A stretch of DNA of 59,949 nt from Chara braunii. Taxonomy: Eukaryota > Plantae > Charophyceae. Position 1 is the stretch's first letter; every line of letters begins with the position of its first letter. This document shows, piece by piece, positions 12,002 to 26,725 of the stretch. Position numbers and translations under genes: made by a program. Below the pieces are notes generated by a model. The model was not told the origin of the DNA. It ran no database searches and was given only the letters and a program-made list of their open reading frames with translations. The stretch is from positions 2,102,711 through 2,162,659 of the forward strand of contig BFEA01000012.1 of NCBI GenBank assembly GCA_003427395.1, read 5' to 3'.

Positions 12002-13649
12002 GGATGATGATGTGAGGGCACATACCTGGTCTTGGCGATTGTCTACAAAGGCCAACATCTTTATGTACTTCGGCTCGGCTGCTGACATCAACAGTTGCAT
12101 TGTCAATTTGTAGGCCGGTGTGATTGTAGTCTGGGCGCCGAGCGCCAGATAGGAGGAAGGGCTCTGGATACTTACGTTGGTGAGGGCAAGAGTATGCTCT
12201 CATTGACACTCGGATTCAGTGTTCTGGTTCTCCATTGGTGTAATATCGGTGGAATTCTGCTTCCGGGACAGTGTCGGACTACCTGGCTTTCGATTTGAAT
12301 TTTTGCAATCTGGAATCTGTCATTTCGCTATTGCTCATTTTCCTGTGTTCTGGTTGTCCATTGGTGTAATATCGGTGCAATTGCAATCTGGAATCTGTCA
12401 TTTCGCTATTGCTCATTTTCCTTGCAGTTGCAATGGAAACAACTTTTGGCTCAGAGTCATCTCCAAGTTGCCAGCAAAACCAAAAAGAATAAATTACGAA
12501 ATATCAATTAGAGTATCCCCCTTAGACACCTCTAAGAGCTGTCCACGACCTCTGGGAGCCCCTTGCCCCTCAAATGTCTTCGTGGAGTAAGCTCGGATCT
12601 GTGCTCCATCTGGCATGCACAAAATCAGGATAATAAAAAATCTGAAACCAAATTTTGGAGCCTCGAGTTGTCTGAAATCCTGCCAACCCACAACACATCG
12701 GCGAATGCTCGTTAAACCTGTCTCGGCTCGAGTCTCGGAGCCTCGCAGTGAAACTTCTTGCAGCATGTGTTCTAATTAGCCATGTGGTAGCCTGCCATGG
12801 TTGCACCGCACCAGAGGGTGAAAGGGAGGCAAAGAGAGAGAGGGGAGAGGGACGGGGGAGGGAGACAGGGGGTGAATAAGCAGAGGACGGAGGACATAAT
12901 CCATCTTGGAGGGGGAGAGAGAGAGAGAGAGGGGGTGGGGGAAGGAGCTGTGGCATGGGTGTTACACTATGTGGGCCAGGCACAGTAGTATGTGGGTCGT
13001 GCCAACTGCCATGTGGCTTGAGCGCAGTATTATGTGGGCTGGGGGTGGTACTATGTGAGGTGTGCGTGGTGCTACACGGGCCGGTTGTGCACCCGGGTTC
13101 CCACAATTCGACCCAGCACTGTGTAGCAGCTGTGGTACAGCATCATTTGTGGAACATACGGCGTGAGCTGTGTGTCAATGGGGTAGGTACAGTACTCTGT
13201 GTGTTCAAATCGCATTGTATCTTGAGTGCAGTACTTTTTAGGGCCGGGTGTGGTTCTGTGGACTAGGTGCAGTACCATCATGCTTTCACCGCCTCTCCTT
13301 GCCTGTGGAGCCTCTGGGCTGGATGCACTGCCATATGGTCTGTATATGTGGCCCCGTTCGTAATATGTAGGTTGGATGAATTATTAAGGTGGGTGGGTAC
13401 AAGGATATGCGGGCTGGACATGGTGCCACACGCTATGGGGCCTGGCCCTGGTGTCACGCGATATGCAGGCTGGACGAGGTCCCACGCGCTATACATATGG
13501 AAAGTGCTGGATGTTTGAATATATCTCTATATATTGACTACTGAGCTTGCTTTCCCAGGGCACCCGCGAGGGACCCCGGCCAGGGTGGTGTCCCGCCCAG
13601 GGTACTCCGGGCATGCAAAAAATCCACCGTTTTCTTTTTCCTTTTTTTT

Positions 13650-13696
<47 letters not shown>

Positions 13697-16404
13697 CGCA
13701 TGCATCGGCATCCGGGTGCAGATGAGGAGATAGGGATCAGGACGGTCATGAGGGAGAAGGGAGTGGACAAGCGCCAGACCGCTCCCCTCAACCACCCCCA
13801 ACGACGCCCGGCAATGGTCGGTCACAGCATATGAGCAATGATCTGGAGCAGTGGTATGTTGCCTCCATGCTTAGTTCTTAGCACTTGTTACACTAATCAC
13901 TGAGGGATACTGGTAGCACAGTGGGGGGAAGTGGCAGAGTGGCAAAATTGGAAAATGCATAGAATTGCCCCTGCGATTTATTTTGTGGTTGAAATGATTT
14001 TCTTTAATTTTTTAAATATTTTTCCTAGAAAGATGACGACGAAATCTACAAACCCTCCAATTTTCAGACTTCTTAGCGTATTCTATTGGACATGAAAAAT
14101 CACTGAAGTCGGGGTACTTTTCCCGTTGGCCGACACGTGATAGAGCAGCAAAAATGGAATACGGGACAAATTGGCACAGCATTCATTTCATGATCTGAAT
14201 TTTTTTATTTTTATTTTTAATATTTTCGTGGAAAGACCACGACCAAATCTACAGGCCCCCCAATTTTCAGAGTTGTCGAGTCATCCTTCTGACCGCAAAA
14301 AATCGCGGAAGTTGGGGTACTTTTCCCGTTGGCCCACATGTGGTAGAGCGGGAAAAATGGAAAATGTGACGAAACGGTGCGGCATTTATTTTACAGCCTA
14401 ATTGTCTTTTTCTTTTTCTTTTTCTTTTGATATATTTCCTAGAAAGATCACAATCTAATCTACAGGATCTCAAATTTCAGATTTTTCCGTCAATTCTTCT
14501 GAGAGCAAATCGCCAAAGTTGGCGCTTGAAAATCCTTGGACCAGACCCGCCTGCGCCTTCCGGTCGTCGCCCCCCCTAAAAGCCCGGTCCGTAAGGCCAG
14601 GAAAGCTGAATTTAGGACGACGGGGGTGGTGGTGGTGGTTTAAAATTTTTAATCCTACTATATAATGAACATGATCAGATCGGTATGTTTATACTCACTC
14701 ATTTATATACATATGAATAAAAGAAACAGAGTGCCCACCTTTCTTTCTTATCCTGACATTCTGAATTTGCCTGAACTGACCTTCACCTTTTTTCTTAACC
14801 CTGCCATCTGAATTTGCACATACAGTGCCTCACCTTCTGATATCCTGTTTTTTTTTTGTTTTTTTTTTTTGCATGTTACTTTTGTGCCACTCCTCATTTG
14901 ACGCCTCCTGTCGCTGCTTTTTCTTCCTTATTCTCGACACTTGTCCCACTTTCCTGCATCTCCTCCTCCTCGCAATCCACCTCATGCTCCGCACTTCTTG
15001 CTCTTCTTGTTCTCGGCTGTCATGGCTCCTCCCGTTTTCCATTTCCTATTGCTACACTTCTTTCTGATCCCTCTCCTTCTTCCCTGACTCCCCTCTTAAA
15101 TCGCTCTCAGTGTGCTGAATCCTGATCCACCCCTTTCACTTGGTCACTATCCACCATTCGGCCCTCCTCCACTGTTCTCTGCTTCCCGCTGCGGCTTTGC
15201 CTTCTCGTCTTACTTCCGCAGTCTTTATCGCAGAGGGTCTACTCTCCTCCTCCTCCCCTGGAAGAAATATACTCGAGGCTCGAGAATAGCGTCATGGCAT
15301 GCAAACTGGGCACTTGCAACAGATCCTTATGGAGAAAGACCATCCCCGTGGAGTGATCAGCAAGGACGAATTGCTCCATTGCCTTAAAGACGAGGGTCAA
15401 CCATTTAATGTGACAGAAAGATCATTTTAAGAAACAAGATACCAATCACAACCACGCATGCAGACGATACCCCATGTTAAATGAGTTCTCCATACTTACA
15501 CAATATAAACAATGCCACCCCATCCGCTCAAACAGTCCCGATCCACAGATGAAAGAAGCGCCTGAGATATGGTCTCAAATAGATCCTCAGGTTCCTGCAA
15601 ATGACAATCAAAAAAGCCCATTCAGTCACAAACCTTTGGTACACATCTGCATTGCTCTACACCACATTTGGAAATCAGACTGCATCTTCATTCACCACAC
15701 TCACAAAAGCCACGCAGGCTTGTGATGCTCTGCCTGCAAGAAAAAACAGTGAAAGTAGCTGCAAGGAGAACCTTAATGAGCAGGCTAGATTGGCAGATAT
15801 AAGCACACCAAAAGAGGAATACGACTCACCAAAGGAATGGCGTAAAAACGAGACTTTCATCATAGCCAAGCCCCAATGGAATGAAAGTCCGCCAAAAGCG
15901 ATTACAGGTTACAAGCAGGGGTAACACGCAACATGCGGATACTCAACCCCAAGTCCGCACACAGATTACCAAATATTGGGCACATGGTGCTGGCATTTCT
16001 GGTAAACTTTGACGGTTGCCTACACTATTATCATCTAATGTATAACTACCGAGCACTGTTCATCAGCTGTTCATGGCATCTTTTCAATGTCCCAAGTCCA
16101 TGGCTGATGCTGCCAGACATGTTTTATATGCAGCTGTGGCACTTGAGCACGCCAAAGAACATGAAGAAACTTAAAGAGGATGTCTGAGCAGGAAGTAGAT
16201 CATGGCAGTCTGCAAAGATGCAGTCTTTCCTTGAGGCAGCAGTGAGCGATGTGTGCTCTCTTTCTCTCTGCTTCCCTGCCTTCCACCACTGCATTCTCTC
16301 AACAAACCTATTCAGTTAAAAAACGCACGCATCAACTATCTGTTGCAGGGCTTACATCAGATATAAATCTAAAGCCACTCTGTTAGCTGTGCAGAGGGGA
16401 CACA

Positions 16405-16453
<49 letters not shown>

Positions 16454-16547
16454 CAGTTAAAAAACGCACGCATCAACTATATGTTGCAGGGCTTACATCA
16501 GATATAAATCTAAAGCCACTCTGTTAGCTGTGCAGAGGGGCCACAAC

Positions 16548-16622
<75 letters not shown>

Positions 16623-17211
16623 ATGTGTGTGTGTATGTGTGTGTGTGAGATTGTGTATCTGCTAAAAACTTCACAAACGTGCAGTGAATGTGACAGGCTG
16701 TTTCATCGGACTTCCACCCCACCAAATAGAGAAGCAAACAAAAGTTAAGGAAACAACAAACACAAAAGAGAACCCCGGAACAACCCACACACAATTCAAA
16801 TGAGAACAGAAAAGCAAGCAAAACAAGACACATCTCCCCACTACAATCAGCCCCAGGTGTGGCAGAGGATGATGTGTCAAGCAACAGGGCCCAGACGATG
16901 TCATGCCCGCAGTTGTGTAGCTATACAGTACTGTAGTACAATTTTCGGGAACATTAAAAGCAGCCCGTAAACCAGGGCGGGGATCTTCCCAAATTACTAA
17001 AATTTGAGAAATGCAAACTTTTGATCCACAAAATAGTGGCTGAACAATTCCGGGACAAGCTGAACCATATTATAGCCTTTCGAACTAAACGAAACTATTT
17101 TCTGACAGAACAAGCTTCATACTATAGCTCAGGAAATCAATGAAGGAAGATAGCAGGTGTATGAGTTTGCCTACGTACACCTCAGGCAGGAACTGCCACG
17201 TGCCCTCTGAA

Positions 17212-17276
<65 letters not shown>

Positions 17277-20212
17277 CCCCCCTTTGGTTTTCCCCGGACT
17301 ACATCCCTTTCTACTTTACCCATGAGCCACAGTAGCCTCCCACTCCAGGCTATCACTCGAAAGGGACAGATCTACCGTCTGCTCTGCTGGCTTATGAGTA
17401 CTCCGAGCTACAGTTCATCTTCTTCCTGCTATCTGAAAGTAGGAGGCTTGCTGCTGCGAGGTACCGTGCTCTTTCTTGTTCTTCTCTTGCTCCCGCCTTT
17501 AGTCAGTGGTGGGTTGGCAGACATTGCTGTTGTTCTCTCCTCCTCCTCCTACCTTCTTCCCTGCTGCTCTGCTGCTGGACCATCCAGCCGCACCATCATG
17601 GAGCTATGCTGGGGATTATCCAAGGCTGTGCACTACTGTTCACACAAAGGTCTCCAGGCTTGAGGTCACATCCAAGTGCATTGCTGGTTGGCAGTTGTGA
17701 GTACGAACCTGTCTAGCATGGTACGGTACAAAAGACTGAGCGATTCCTGCTGGGGGTTTTGACTTTCTGGACGCTAGAAAAGTATCCACATCTTTCAGAT
17801 GGGAGTCCAGCTATCGAGGTTGCATGGGAGGCTACATGGACCTACTTGAGTGCTTTTCGTGTGGCCTCCCGGAAGGCTTTCCAATGCCTTCCAAGCTCTC
17901 AGGTTGGCCTGCGGACAGATGAACAACAGATAGAGAATAGGTGTGCCCGACCGACCGGATGCACAGACAGACGAACAAACGGCCACTCCCCAACCTGAGA
18001 ACTTGGCAGGCAGGTTGACAGACAGATGGACAATCGGTAGACAAGAGATAGAGATGGACAGACAACCAATGAACAGACAGACAAACAAACGGAGGGACGG
18101 ACCAATGAACAGACAGACGAACAAACGGATGAACGTACAGATAAACGGACAGACAAACACGCGACCGACCGACCCACCCACCCACCCACCCACCCACCAA
18201 CCGACCGACCGACAGACAGACAGACAGCCAACCGACCGACCAACCTAGCGACAGACAGACCAGACCGACTGACCAACAGACCGACAGACAGAAAGAAAGA
18301 ACGAAAGAAAAGTTTCTGCATGCAGTCATGAGGGGGGGGGGTGCATGAGGGACAGACAGTCAGACAGACAGGCAGGCAGACAGGCAGATCGTGAGAGGAC
18401 GAGGAATCATTGCAGAGCTCACCGCACTACCTAGTTCAAGATTATGCTGGATGAATCTTTTCAGGTAGTTGAAAACCAGTCGGAGATCTGGGCATGCAGC
18501 AGTGCTGCCAAAACCATGGGATAGTGTCCTATACATTCAGCTGAGGGTGCCAGCATGAAGGCATTATGCAATCTGTCCGGATGTGGCCAGTGGAGACAAA
18601 AATACTTTGGAGCAGTTGCTCGCTACCCAACGTCTCCCTTACTGTGCCCGTGGCCACAAGAGAGGACTGTGCTCAATGCACTCTTCAGTAAGAACTGGCG
18701 CAACGAGCTCTTCAGTTCTACTATGGGACAAACCCCCGGGATCAGGAGCTTCCGCAGAGGGAGTAGAATGCTCAACAGTCAGTTTAATCTTGAGTCCATT
18801 ATAAGGCCCCGCAACAAAGAATTTGACGAAAAGCCACTCCCTGGGAATACATATAATGGCGCCTTCTACTCCTCGGAAATCTCCAAGTCAAAGGTTAGAA
18901 CAAAGAGTTCCTCTCAGCAACAACTGATTTTATTCACAGCGTCACACTGTGGCGACTGCATATGCAGAGATGAAAGGAAAACACAAAGCTACCTTCTTCC
19001 CCCGAATACAACGTACAGTCATTATAGCTGTATTTAGACTGAGAGATACCCCAAATACAGCAATAATGACCGTACGTTGTATTCGGGGGAAGAAGGTAGC
19101 AACCACACTCGAACCTCACATTTGATACTGCAGCCAGAATTAAGATCCACACATCCCAAGGGGAAAAGAAAAAAAGAAAAAAACAGCAAAAACAAAACCA
19201 AAAGATCTTTTATCATGGATGTGGCGATGGCTGGAAGGGGAGGCAAGGGGAGCCGGGGGGGTAGGGGGAAGAGGGAAGGGGGAAGGGAAGGATTCCTGAG
19301 GCCACAGTATCTTACCATGTCAGGCCGAAACATCGATTCACATGCACCGTAGAGTGACTCCGAGGATGTGCCAGAGACCACAAAGTCGCTGGAGAATTGC
19401 CTGCTCGTTCCAGAGAGTCCAACAGAGAAGACTAGTCAGAACGCATCACATCTCCAATTGCACAAGGAACTTGCCTACACACATTGCCAAAAGCCTGGCC
19501 AGACTGATGGACTCCAGCATTAAAATTCGACAGCAGTTGAGCTGCTTCCACGAGCGGCAGAGGCCAGACCATTCCGTGCAACCAACGAACAGGAGCCTCA
19601 GCACTCGCTCAGCACAGTCGAGATCTCTCGCTTCATCTCCTCCACAGCAGTCTCGTCATCAGGGCTATGTAATAAGACACCATAAAGCACCCCTAACTAC
19701 GGCCTCTGAATGCTATTTCACACCGGCCAGGAGCAGGCACAAAATTGTAGGCGCGAGGCCTGTCAATATTCCCACTTGCATCCATGTGCTGCTGCCCATA
19801 GGACCAGTCCCTCAGAAGCGAACGTTTCTATGACAAGAGTGATAGGGCTACTGAAGCAACCCCGTGCGTTGAACTCAACGTCCTGGAAAGAGTCTCCAGG
19901 CAAGGGTAAGGTACAAAGGCAAACGCCAAGTGCGTACCACCCTCATAACGCCAGGCCATCACCACAGCCGACCATCCGCTGCTTCCAAATCCAGCCTGTT
20001 CACGTGGGCGTCCACGCAATACATGCAAGGCCAGATTGGAACCGAATTATTTTCAGCTTTAAGTTCCACGCGCCCCTTTTCAGATCCGGTAGTTAAAGCA
20101 GAAAATAATTCAGCCTGGACCACTGCACATCCCGGTGTAGATCACGAATACTCCTGGTAGTTCCTGCCCAACATGTACGTAGGCACGGATTTGAGGGGGC
20201 CAGGGGGAGAAC

Positions 20213-20245
<33 letters not shown>

Positions 20246-21866
20246 GCAACTAAGAGGGCACCTGGCAGGTCCTGCCCAGGGTGTACGTAGGCACCTCCTC
20301 GCTTGACACAGGGCTGGGAGAGAAGAGGAGGGGGGAGACCTGGGAGGGTGCGGTGAGGGGGGGGGATACATTGCACTAGAACATGTACGGTAGTAAGAAA
20401 AGGGAGAAGCTGGCGATCAGATGGAGGATTTCCTCACCCTGGGACCAATAACAATAACATTAGACGCTTAAGGAGACCAGCACTCGCCCACCTTTTCCCT
20501 TGTCCACGCTGGGTTTTCCAGCGGATTGTGAGGTTTTCTTACCTCAAAATGTTTTCCATTCAGAAGCAACACACCTGTTACCTTTTCAAATGTGGTGGGC
20601 GGAGGGTGTTTTGCAGGGCAACGGGGAGGAGGAAATGGGGGGAGGGAGAAGGAGGGGAGCAGGGGGAGCAGGGAAAAGAAAGGGAGAAGCAACCAGGAAG
20701 AAAACACGACCGCACTTCCGAGCGCACCAAAACCGAATCCTTCTAGAAGCAGGACAGGCGGAGGGACGGAGGGACGGAGGAACGGAGGAATGGAGGCATG
20801 GAGGGACGGAATATGAGACTCTTACTTTGCACCAAGAAGATCTGTGGTACAGATAAATGGTTTACCGTCGTCGTCAAGGCCAGCAATGACAGGTTCACAG
20901 AAGTATGGCCCAAACCTGCCATCCCATACATCAAAGAATACAATTGCCGGCCGCGAACACAAACAGCATGCAAAGACGGCAAAAGGGGGGAGGAAGTCAG
21001 TTCCCACACATTTTTCTTTGCAGCTGCACCACAAGCAATGAACCTTCACTGCAGCTGCCGAGAGCAAAACCAGATTAGTAATAAACCCTAAGAGTGCTTG
21101 GAAAAAGACGTCCTCCAAATAAATAAACCCTAGTCATACCTGTGATACGAATTCCGTCACCTGTTCTAGAAAAAAAACATCAAATCCAAAATCCTTAATC
21201 GCACAACCAAGCCTCAGATAACGAAGCACAGCAAGAACACACAAATCGAATCATTAATGTCACAAGCTTCAGATTACGCAGCAGAGCAAGAACACGACAG
21301 AGGTTATCAGAGCTTACAAACGAGATCACGTTCGACGCAACCTGCCCTTGCAGTCAAAGATCCTATCCCACCCCCCCCCCCCCCCCCAAAAAAAAATGCT
21401 CAGATCGGCAGCACCTCTACTGCCCAGCTCTACCCACCATATTATCAACGCATCGCCTCCGAATAACCACCCACCCATCCACACACACACACACACACAC
21501 AGTTACTGCCATTCTCTTTAGGGGTTTGGACCAACAGTCTGCTAGGATTGCAGGGTCGGTGTGAGCAAACTCTGGCCGACGTGGTGAGTCCTTATGCATC
21601 AGTCAAATGCATCCCGGGCACGACCTCCTCGGTGAAAGTCCGACGAAAGAGTTTGGTCCGGTCATGTTTTTCTTCTTTTTTTTTCCTTTTTGTTTCCCTT
21701 TTTCTCTCTTTTTGGACCATTTCTCCATATATGCGTGTCATCCTCGCGCAGGGGCCATGCTAATCTTCTCTGTATCGTGACAATTTAAACGGATTGCCCC
21801 GGAAAACAGTCGTGCATTTCTTTTGGTGTCGTGTATGGGGAAAATGACGACACGCGCGCACAGACA

Positions 21867-21921
<55 letters not shown>

Positions 21922-21937
21922 CTTTTGTGGAGTNGAC

Positions 21938-21989
<52 letters not shown>

Positions 21990-24900
21990 CACGCACACAC
22001 ACGCACACACACACACACACACGAACGCACGCAAACACAGAGCAGGACATAGATTCACCATGTGCACAGGCAATACAAGAGCGCTGCGCAGTGCACGTAC
22101 ATGCTGGCAAATACGACCCTAGCTCCGATCGTACTTGAATCGGCGCTATCATTTTTTTAAAAAAAACGAGAAGCACAAGACTAGTGACAACGTGCTCACC
22201 TCTTCTCATAGAGTATTCCCGACACCAAGCTTGCAAAGGTCTTTGGCTTCATGTCTCTCTCCTCCCTCAGTCTATAGAGCTTGTGACGAAACTGCAAGCG
22301 CTGGTATCTGCCACAATACCACAGAAACACTGAGCCCACCGTACTTTGCTGTTCGTACCCGGTGGTGAAGGATGCTCCGTCCCAGATTACAGAGACCATC
22401 TCCCTCTCAACATTCCAATAAAAGAAAACAGACCAAACACCGAAAAAAGAAAAAAACGCATACACGGATGCACACCCAGAATGCCAAAATGTATTTTGTC
22501 CCTTTTTCTCCCACAACCCCCTGATCGTTATGCTCGTGTAATTTCGTGAAACCAAACGCTTACGACGGTGATGATGATAAAGAGCTTTTGGGTTCCAGAT
22601 GATCACGGAGGCAGTGCTATGCGCAATCACCAGACCCAGAAAAAAAGAAGGAAAAAAAAAAAAGTACGGAAACCTAGGCTACCAGAGTGGCCCGGGACCA
22701 CTTGCCCGGCAGGGCCAAAAAAAAAAAAAAAAAAAAAAAAAGTATTTCTTTAACTTGATTTTTTATTTGCAATTTGGTGAAGAATTTTGACGTGATCCTG
22801 AGGCAAAAGTTGTTCAGTTTATTTTTCTGCATAAGATAGTTTTTTTTCAGATTTTTTGGAGTTTTTTTTTTTTTTTTTTGGCTGGGACCCTCTTTGGCCC
22901 TTGCATGGCCGGGCCGCCCGGGCAAACAAGGCGCCCTTACCTGGGCGGCCATGCTGGTAAACCTAGACAGAAACCGAAAACAAAAACAAACAAACAAAAA
23001 TCTTCAAATGCTGAAACTGCATGAACAGCCCCCTTTTCCTCAATGGCAGTGTATTATCTGTTCCATCCGGGCTGGGCAAGATCATCGCATGAACAGCGGA
23101 CTGACGCCTACCGTCTTCACCCCAATACCGCGCACGGTCATTACACAGCTGTATTGGGTAGGCCTACTATCAATCTAGATACAGCGACAATGACCGTGCG
23201 TTCTATTCCGGTGAAGACGGCGGCCCAGGAAGTAAGGGCCAGAGCGAAGGCACACGTCTTCCTCTCAATTAGGTTTCCCCCAACACTACGCAACCCGATC
23301 ATGAACGTATCTAGACGATCGTTTCCGGTTCGATACAATCATAAGAAGGCTGCATTGTGTTCGGCGGAAGACAACCGCTGGAGGCAAAGACCGATCATTT
23401 CCCGCGTATGTACACTATTATTACCTTCTTTTCCGCCTCGCTCCCGCACTCCCGCTTCGTTCCAAATTCATCGAGTATGCACTTCCCCACCGAATACAAC
23501 GGACGGACGGTCATTATCGCTATATTTTGACTGAAAGATACCCCACATAGAGCGCTATAACTACCGCACGTTGTATTCGGGCGAAGCTATAAGTACCGCA
23601 CGTTTTATTCGGGCGAAGAAGGTAATTAAGGTCTTACTTGGGACCTAAACACTAGAGCACCATGTTCCCACACGGGATGTAAACAATTATTAGTCATTTG
23701 ATTACCTTCTCTGTCCTAAGAAATCAATCGGTGGACAAAACAACACAACCGGCTTCACCGGCAAAGAACGCGTTGTCATCGTCCCCGTATTTAGACTGAA
23801 AGATACCCCACATACCGATATAATGACCGTGCCTTCTATTCGCGTGAGAAGACACTACCCATAACCATTTTTCACAGACAATACTCATGCAGACATGCAG
23901 ACATGCCCTCACCCCTGATCTTCCTCACCATTTGCTACCAATAGCTTATGAACCAAGTATGTGGCTGGAGTCCTACTTGTGTGCGGATTTTCCACCGGCC
24001 TTAATCTTCTTTCTTGCAGAGAGAGAAGCTTCCAGGACAGGCTTTTCAAGTAGGACAGCTCTGGACCAGCGCAAGGCCAAACTAATCGAAGTATAGGCCG
24101 GCTAGAACGAGAAGAAGAAGAATAAGACGGATATATCAAAAGAGGGAAGGTAAACTCTGCCAAAAGGAAGAGCATGCGCCTGCTAGTAGTACACAGGCCC
24201 GAAGCTAGCCCCATCATCTGCAAGAGCAGAGAGCTAGCAACGTCGAAGAACATATCGTCACACTGTGAATCGGAGCGCAAAGGCGGAAAAAGACAAAACA
24301 ACAGAAGGAAAAGAAGGGAAGCCACACCTGTTCATCACCTCTTACGTACAAGGCCGGCCACGTGGATGATGGTTGAGCACCGGGCTGCCCCCATCCCAGT
24401 GTGTCACGAGGACCCACTTGCACGCAGCCAAAAGGCAAAGAGGTGAAGAAAAGGAGGAATATATTGATACATACATATATATGTCGTCAAGCAGAAAAAA
24501 AATTATATATATATCGTCACAAACAGAACTGCCCGGTAAACAGTAGGCAGAGAGAGAGAAGAATATATATATACCCTCTATATATATCGTATTTATATAT
24601 ACATACGATATATTGTCACACTGTGAATCGGAGCGCAAAGGCGGAAAAAGACGCAACAAGGAAAGGAAAAGAAGCAAGGAAAGCCCCACCTGTTCATAGG
24701 TCCCTGTGACACACGGCGATGGGGCCAGCCAGCGTTCAGCCTGTCATCCACGTGGCTCATCTTGTACGTAAGAGGTGATGAACAGGTGGGGCTTCCCTTC
24801 CTTACTTCTTTTCCTTTTCTTGTTTTGTCTTTTTCCACCTTTGCGCTCCGATTCACAGTCTGACAATATATATATCGTCACATGAATATCAGAGCGCAAA

Positions 24901-25857
24901 GCCGAAAAAAACAGAAGAAAACACGAAAAATAATAATAATAATAACAATAACAACAATAGTAATATCATTACCAGTCACCGCTTTTCGCCAATCCGGACA
25001 TTCTTTTTGCCATCAATTTTGCCGTTAATCGGGGGGTCGGGCCTGAATCGGGCCTGAATCGGGCCTGAATCGGGCCTGAAATCGGGACTGAATCGGGACT
25101 GAATCGAGACCAAAATTGATGGGCCAAAGGGACAATCGTCTTCAACAAGACCGCGAGTCTTTCTTCACGGGATCTGGAAGGAGCAGTTGGCGAGTTGATG
25201 AGCACAAAATAAAAGGGAGAAGGGAGGGGTTGGCGAGTTGATGAGCACAAAATAAAAGGGAGAAGGGAGGGGNTGGCGAGTTGATGAGCACAAAATAAAA
25301 GGGAGAAAGGAGGGAGGGGTTGGCGAGTTGATGAGCACAAAATAAAAGGGAGAAGGGAGGGGGACATTGCCCAGATTTGTATTCCCCTTTATGCAATCAA
25401 TTTCTAGTTTGCATTCATGAAGAGGTTCTCGTTTACTCACAGGGTCTGCACGTCCGTTCCCAGCCCCGACAAGCCGATGTAGAGTCTGTCGTGAATCTTG
25501 AAGATACGCTGAAAATCAGTGGCGATCGTTTGAAGCTGCACACCGAAACGCCGATCGCTAGCGATCGCGAAGCAGTTCTTTCCCACCATAGCCACAATGG
25601 CACCGCCATTGTAAGATAGAATCTGCAGCACGGCAAACACCATGAAAACCGCGAAAAAAAAGATGTACTTAAGATAGATGTGCAGACCAAACACGGACAA
25701 GGGCGGGAAGGAAACGGGAAAGGGGGCAAGGCACTCGGTCGATCTAGTTCCATTTCATGAGGTTGATAGAATAGACAAAGCAACGGGTGGCGGGACGTAA
25801 AGCGCAATCAAGCAACGTGGAATTGACATCAGACCACATGTGAGGAACGGGAAGGAA

Positions 25858-25934
<77 letters not shown>

Positions 25935-26650
25935 CGATTTAGTGTGACAATATATACTGTCACATGATATAAGAGCGCCAAAGCGACATATATATATCGT
26001 CCCATGACTATATATTATATATATATATCGTCACAGTTTGTCACGGCCCCTCGTTTGTTGTCCTCTTCTCTCTCTCTGCCTACGGTTTTACCGGGCAGTT
26101 CTGTTTGTGACGATATATATCGTCACAAACAGAACTGCCCGGTAAAACCGTAGGCAGAGAGAGAGAAGAGGACAACAAACGAGGGGATATATCGTCACAA
26201 ACAGAACTGCCCGGTAAAACCGTAGGCAGAGAGAGAGAAGAGGACAACAAACGAGGGGCCGTGACAAACTGTTTCGTCGGAGTTTATATGTGCTTGTATG
26301 TGGGACTTGTCATCTAGGATTTGTTTCCCCCTGTTTTGTTGTGTAAAGGCTGTTTCCTTCCTCTTTTCTTTGCCTCTTTGCCCTTTGGCTGTGTGCAAGT
26401 GGGTCGATATGACACACGGAGGTGGGGGCAGCCGCCGTTCAACCTACATCCACGTGGGCGGCCTTGTACGCAAGAGGTTTTGAACAGGGGGAGTTGTAAG
26501 TAAGAAGATAAAAAATTAATTGATTTTTTCTAGTGTTTTTTCGCTTTTGCGCTCTGACAGCTTTGTGACAATATCCTGTCTCGCGCGTGCACAGACGCGC
26601 GTGAACTAACATGAAGTTGACCTCAAATAATGTCTGAAATAGTAAGACAC

Positions 26651-26725
<75 letters not shown>

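Noticed and set aside
17795-18329. ORFs including an SGWG motif as a proteasome exon
   Set aside because: Built from (GACA)n/(CCGA)n simple repeats; the real SGWGG exon is 15594-15500.
18400-18900. Possible nested gene or LINE fragment (160 aa ORF)
   Set aside because: No recognisable motif or splice structure; at most an old retroelement remnant that I cannot support.
21711-21807. Functional U6 gene
   Set aside because: No USE/TATA, no oligo-T terminator, disrupted 5' stem and ISL loop change, plus TSD and A-tail.
25187-25362. About 44-bp repeats as a CRISPR array or hammerheads (TTGATGAG)
   Set aside because: Units are contiguous with no unique spacers; there is no C3, stem II or GAAA.
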